Source: Amphiscolops sp. MND2022
Taxonomy: Eukaryota
Reading direction: 5' to 3'
DNA: 64,000 nt
Assembly: GCA_964187785.1 (NCBI GenBank)
Contig: OZ076419.1
Span: 42,470,001-42,534,000 of the forward strand
The position numbers and the translations under genes are program-made. Position 1 is the first letter of the stretch. Each line of letters opens with the position of its first letter. The notes below the pieces were generated by a model, which worked only from the letters and a program-made list of their open reading frames with translations, searched no databases and was not told the origin of the DNA. Shown here piece after piece: positions 59,581-64,000 of the stretch.

Positions 59581-60430
59581 AGGGGACTAACCTTCAACGA
59601 CGACCGAAAAATTGTGCCAACGGAGCTGACAAAGAAGCTATTAGAAACACTGCACTTCGGTCACGCCGGATACACAAAGATGGCAGCGGAAGCCAAAATA
59701 ATTTGGTGAAAGAGATCGAGGAGAAAACAAAACACTGCGTGGCATGCATGGCATCTGGTAAGAATTTAAAATACTATATACCGAAACGCGAATTCGGAAA
59801 ACTGAAAACACTAACGGAACCGGGACAAGAAATTCAAATAGATTTTTCCGGAAAACTAAACAATAAAAAATTAAACGGAGAACATCAAATCTTAATCGCG
59901 GTAGACAGATTCAGTAAAAGGCCAACGGCGAAAATCTGTAAATCAGCGGAAACTAAAGAAGTCATAAATTTTCTGAAACAAAATTTTAACCTATACGGAT
60001 TACCGGAGAAAATAAAAACGGACAAAGGCGGAGAGTTTATCTCAAAAGAATACGAAGAATTTTGCGAATCGAAAAACATTGAAATCGAATATAGTACACC
60101 GAGAATTCATACCGGTACGGGAGCAATAGAACGCGCAATACAAACGCTGAAGAACTTGATTATTACTAACCTAGAAGAAAACATATGTCTGACTGAATGT
60201 GTAAATAGAGCGCTAAACGTGATTCGCTTTACAATACATACGGGAATGAAAATCACACCATTTGAATTACATCAAGGTCGTAAACCGAGAACCGAACTAA
60301 CGAATGTAATTAAAGACGGAAGGTCATTCCTATCTAACTGGTCGGAATTACCTGTTTCAGCAAGCAACAGACCAAAAATCCCAATCTAAATTACCAGAAA
60401 TGGTGACGGAGAAGTATCAAACCATCCCGA
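59581..60430 (+). pseudogene. Gypsy integrase, copy 1 (premature TAA at 60387-60389)
   Basis: LHFGHAG...CVAC (HHCC), EIQIDFSG, KTDKGGEF, GAIERAIQT (DDE). Confidence 0.85.
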
Positions 60431-62300
60431 ACCAAGAAAAACTTTTACAAAAAATTTTTGGAAATGTCGTCACTACTGAACCTGGTGTCCTCGGCCAATC
60501 AAAGCTCGAGCCACGCCCCCTGACGGAGTTTTATGGCCATGGTAACAGGGAGTGGCAAATAGGATCCGCAGACAATGGGTGGATGGGATCCGAAGATATA
60601 ATGCCAAAATTAGAAGAAAATTTAACGACGTCATCGAAAAAATAAAAGTTTTTTAACGAATCGTCCAGCACAACTTCCTTCAGGTCAGAGAACATTTTGA
60701 AAGGATCTTCAAGAACAAATAAAAGATTTCAATTTTAATTTTCAAAACTTCAATCCTCATTGATGAAACATCGAGAATTTGTTCATTTTTTGTAAGAAGC
60801 AGTGATGTTTTGTTTTACTTTCAATGCGCATTTAGGGTAATAATAATTAGGCCGTTATTTCGTAGGTATCGATCTAAGGTGTCGATCTAATTATCGCTTG
60901 CTGTTTTTTTTTAATTTAACAAAGTAATCGTAAGTTATGAGTTATATCATATAACTAATTTACGATCTTTTCAATATGCTCTAAATTGCAGAAGAGGCTT
61001 GTACTGAAAACCCACGAAATCAAAACCAAGTAAACATGAGTAGTAGCTACAAACAACACACCTTGTTATGTAATCAATGTTTTTGTTTGAGGGTATATGA
61101 ACCTTGGTCTTTTCTTCTATCAATACTGTTTGAATATTGTTTCAACCATCAATAAAATTTGCAAGGTTTGATTGAATCAAATACCAACCAACAGTTCATC
61201 CCTATGGATCCAAAAACTAGTCCCAATAAGGTAATTCTTCCTGGTTTTTCTTTCAAATACAGTTGCCCGAACCAATTAAGTTTCTTCGAACGCTAGCATC
61301 CTCGGCAACCCAACATGTAAGTCAAATGATGCGTTTTGAGCATGAGAAACTCAAACAATTCTGCCAAAAGCGAAAAAATAACCCCCTATTTTTTCTAAGG
61401 TATACCCCCGAAAGCTTATCAAAATAACTAATAGAAGTAGAACCAATTTTTGAAAGCACTTGAAAGAAAATGATTTGGCTAAACAGTTACAAGAATTGGG
61501 TTCGAATCAGGCCTGATCCTTCATTCCTAGCTTAGTGTTATGGTCAGCGAAAACAATCATACGGGGCAGAAAAAGGTATCTAAAAAGTGCAACGGTGTCG
61601 CAAGCGACCGCCTACGATAGCAATTATATGACCTACCATTTAACGAAGGTAACGACCCTTTTCCCAAGGTTTTCTCACTATTTACTTAATGACCAGCAGT
61701 CCTCAAGACTACAGCGTTCTGGATTCCAATCAAACAATTAACCACTATACTCAAATGATGCCTTGGTACACAAATTTATTGTCTAACCAAGAAATAGAAC
61801 ATGGCGCAGTCAGCAAATTGAAATTACCCAAGAATATTTCAACAAAACAAAGAAAATGACAGAAGAAAGCAAGATTGAAGTACCGAATATCGAAGCCACA
61901 TCAGACGGAAAAAGATATTTACACCGAAACAATGGCTCGAAAGATTCCGGCAATACGCAAAAAGGAAACACAAAATGGACATTACCGAACTGATACGGGG
62001 AGCCGAGATGACACAAACCGGTTGGTCCGGAAAAGAAACAGAAATCCAAGAAGACTTCATATGGGGAATTGGCCCCGACGCATTATACCAAATGACCCGG
62101 GCAGAATATAAAACCGAACCTGACAAAATAGCGGAAAAAGACCTTATCCGACTATTCAATGAATATTTCTTACCAAAGCGGAACACCTATCACAATCGCG
62201 GAGAATTCTTCTGGACAAGACAAACCGAATCCGAAACACCAGAAGACTTTTGGCGGAGACTTATAGAAATAGAAAAATAATGTGCATTTGAGGGAATAAC

Positions 62301-63802
62301 AGGGGACTAACCTTCAACGACGACCGAAAAATTGTGCCAACGGAGCTGAGAAAGAAGCTATTAGAAACACTGCACTTCGGTCACGCCGGATACACAAAGA
62401 TGGCAGCGGAAGCCAAAATAATTTGGTGAAAGAGATCGAGGAGAAAACAAAACACTGCGTGGCATGCATGGCATCTGGTAAGAATTTAAAATACTATATA
62501 CCGAAACGCGAATTCGGAAAACTGAAAACACTAACGGAACCGGGACAAGAAATTCAAATAGATTTTTCCGGAAAACTAAACAATAAAAAATTAAACGGAG
62601 AACATCAAATCTTAATCGCGGTAGACAGATTCAGTAAAAGGCCAACGGCGAAAATCTGTAAATCAGCGGAAACTAAAGAAGTCATAAATTTTCTGAAACA
62701 AAATTTTAACTTATACGGATTACCGGAGAAAATAAAAACGGACAAAGGCGGAGAGTTTATCTCAAAAGAATACGAAGAATTTTGCGAATCGAAAAACATT
62801 GAAATCGAATATAGTACACCGAGAATTCATACCGGTACGGGAGCAATAGAACGCGCAATACAAACGCTGGAGAACTTGATTATTACTAACCTAGAAGAAA
62901 ACATATGTCTGACTGAATGTGTAAATAGAGCGCTAAACGTGATTCGCTTTACAATACATACGGGAATGAAAATCACACCATTTGAATCACATCAAGGTCG
63001 TAAACCGAGAACCGAACTAACGAATGTAATTAAAGACGGAAGGTCATTCCTATCTAACTGGTCGGAATTACCTGTTTCAGCAAGCAACAGACCAAAAATC
63101 CCAATCTACATTACCAGAAATGGTGACGGAGAAGTATCAAACCATCCCGAACCAAGAACGAGGAAAAAGCGCTAGCCGAAAAGTCCCCAAAGAAGAAAAA
63201 TTCGGTTGGTACATACCCCTTTCAATTCGTCGAAAAGAACCATAATAAAAAAATCATTGGAAGGTAGATTCCAAACAAAATTACAAACCGCAGTAAAAGG
63301 TACGGAACATACCGTAACCACCGATACCGGAAAAGTATTCCACCGAAAATTTATTTCGGGTCCAATTGTATTTCAGAAAGAGAAGAAAGTAGCACCGAAA
63401 ATCGGAGACAACATCACTCCCAAAAACCGCCATTGCCTCAGAGGAGTCGACGGTAAATATATACAATGGAATGAAATCCTGCGAGACGTACTCAACGGAA
63501 AGCTAAAAATCATTCCGAACCCGAGGACCGGATCAGACTGGGAAAGCGAGGAAGGCGAGATAGACGAGGATGAGAGGGATTTCGAAAATCACGACACCTC
63601 CGAAAAAGACGGCTGCTACCGACCCATAAAAACATCCCCCGAGGATGAATTGAACCTGCATACCGACGGCGAACTAAACAACGGTGAGACAATATTCAAA
63701 ATTAATACAACCGAGAACGAAGGAATAAGACGGTCAAACCGTGAAAGTAAACAACCGAATAGATACGGGGGAGTCACATATAAAAAACATTTTTGGACAT
63801 AA
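62301..63802 (+). pseudogene. Gypsy integrase, copy 2, with C-terminal extension
   Basis: Same motifs as copy 1. ORFs 62423-63175 and 63206-63802, the latter ending RRSNRESKQPNRYGG. Confidence 0.85.
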
Positions 63803-63939
63803 TTTTAATATAAAACTTTTTACAGGCGAACAATGGAACATCAGGAAAGAACCCCCGAAACCACTGACGAAACCAGCAGACTTCATCCGGGAGAAAACAC
63901 CGACTCCAGGACCGTCGAAGCAATAAGCTGAAAGAGCTT

Positions 63940-64000
63940 AGAGGAGAGGGAATGTTATACGGTGTAATACCGAACCGATTCCTTCGGTTGACAATGTCAA
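63940..64000 (+). mobile_element. PPT and start of a 3' LTR (runs off the window)
   Basis: AGAGGAGAGGGAA (63940-63952) followed by TGTTATAC at 63953. Confidence 0.75.

Larger units (their letters stand above)
57718..63158. repeat. Two-copy tandem duplication, period 2720 bp
   Basis: ACTTTTACAAAAAATTTTTGG at 57721 and 60441. Identity ends at ACCAAGAA (60438 and 63158). About 10 substitutions seen by eye. Confidence 0.95.

Overview
Eukaryotic, AT-rich, transposon-dominated window. The repeat landscape resembles invertebrate (possibly acoel) assemblies, which is inference only. Main content: (1) a seven-unit ~3 kb tandem array (2692-23526) built from a Gypsy 5' LTR, a decayed RT-RNaseH relic and Helentron/DINE-1-like (HINE) termini; (2) one spliced UDP-glycosyltransferase gene on the minus strand, spanning ~24.5-54.6 kb, with 12-15 kb TE-filled introns; (3) inside its intron, a young full-length BEL/Pao LTR retrotransposon (28426-37633; 411-bp LTRs with one mismatch, GTGGA target-site duplication, one 4-bp frameshift); (4) decayed LINEs, Gypsy relics, MITE-like elements and a near-identical 2.72 kb tandem duplication (57718-63158). 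The most unusual object is the BEL/Pao element. Both LTRs carry a 72-nt tRNA-like cassette with intact Pol III A/B boxes and a downstream T-run, and an intact extra 200-aa ORF with possible SGNH-fold motifs lies upstream of gag. All analysis was by eye; no searches were run.
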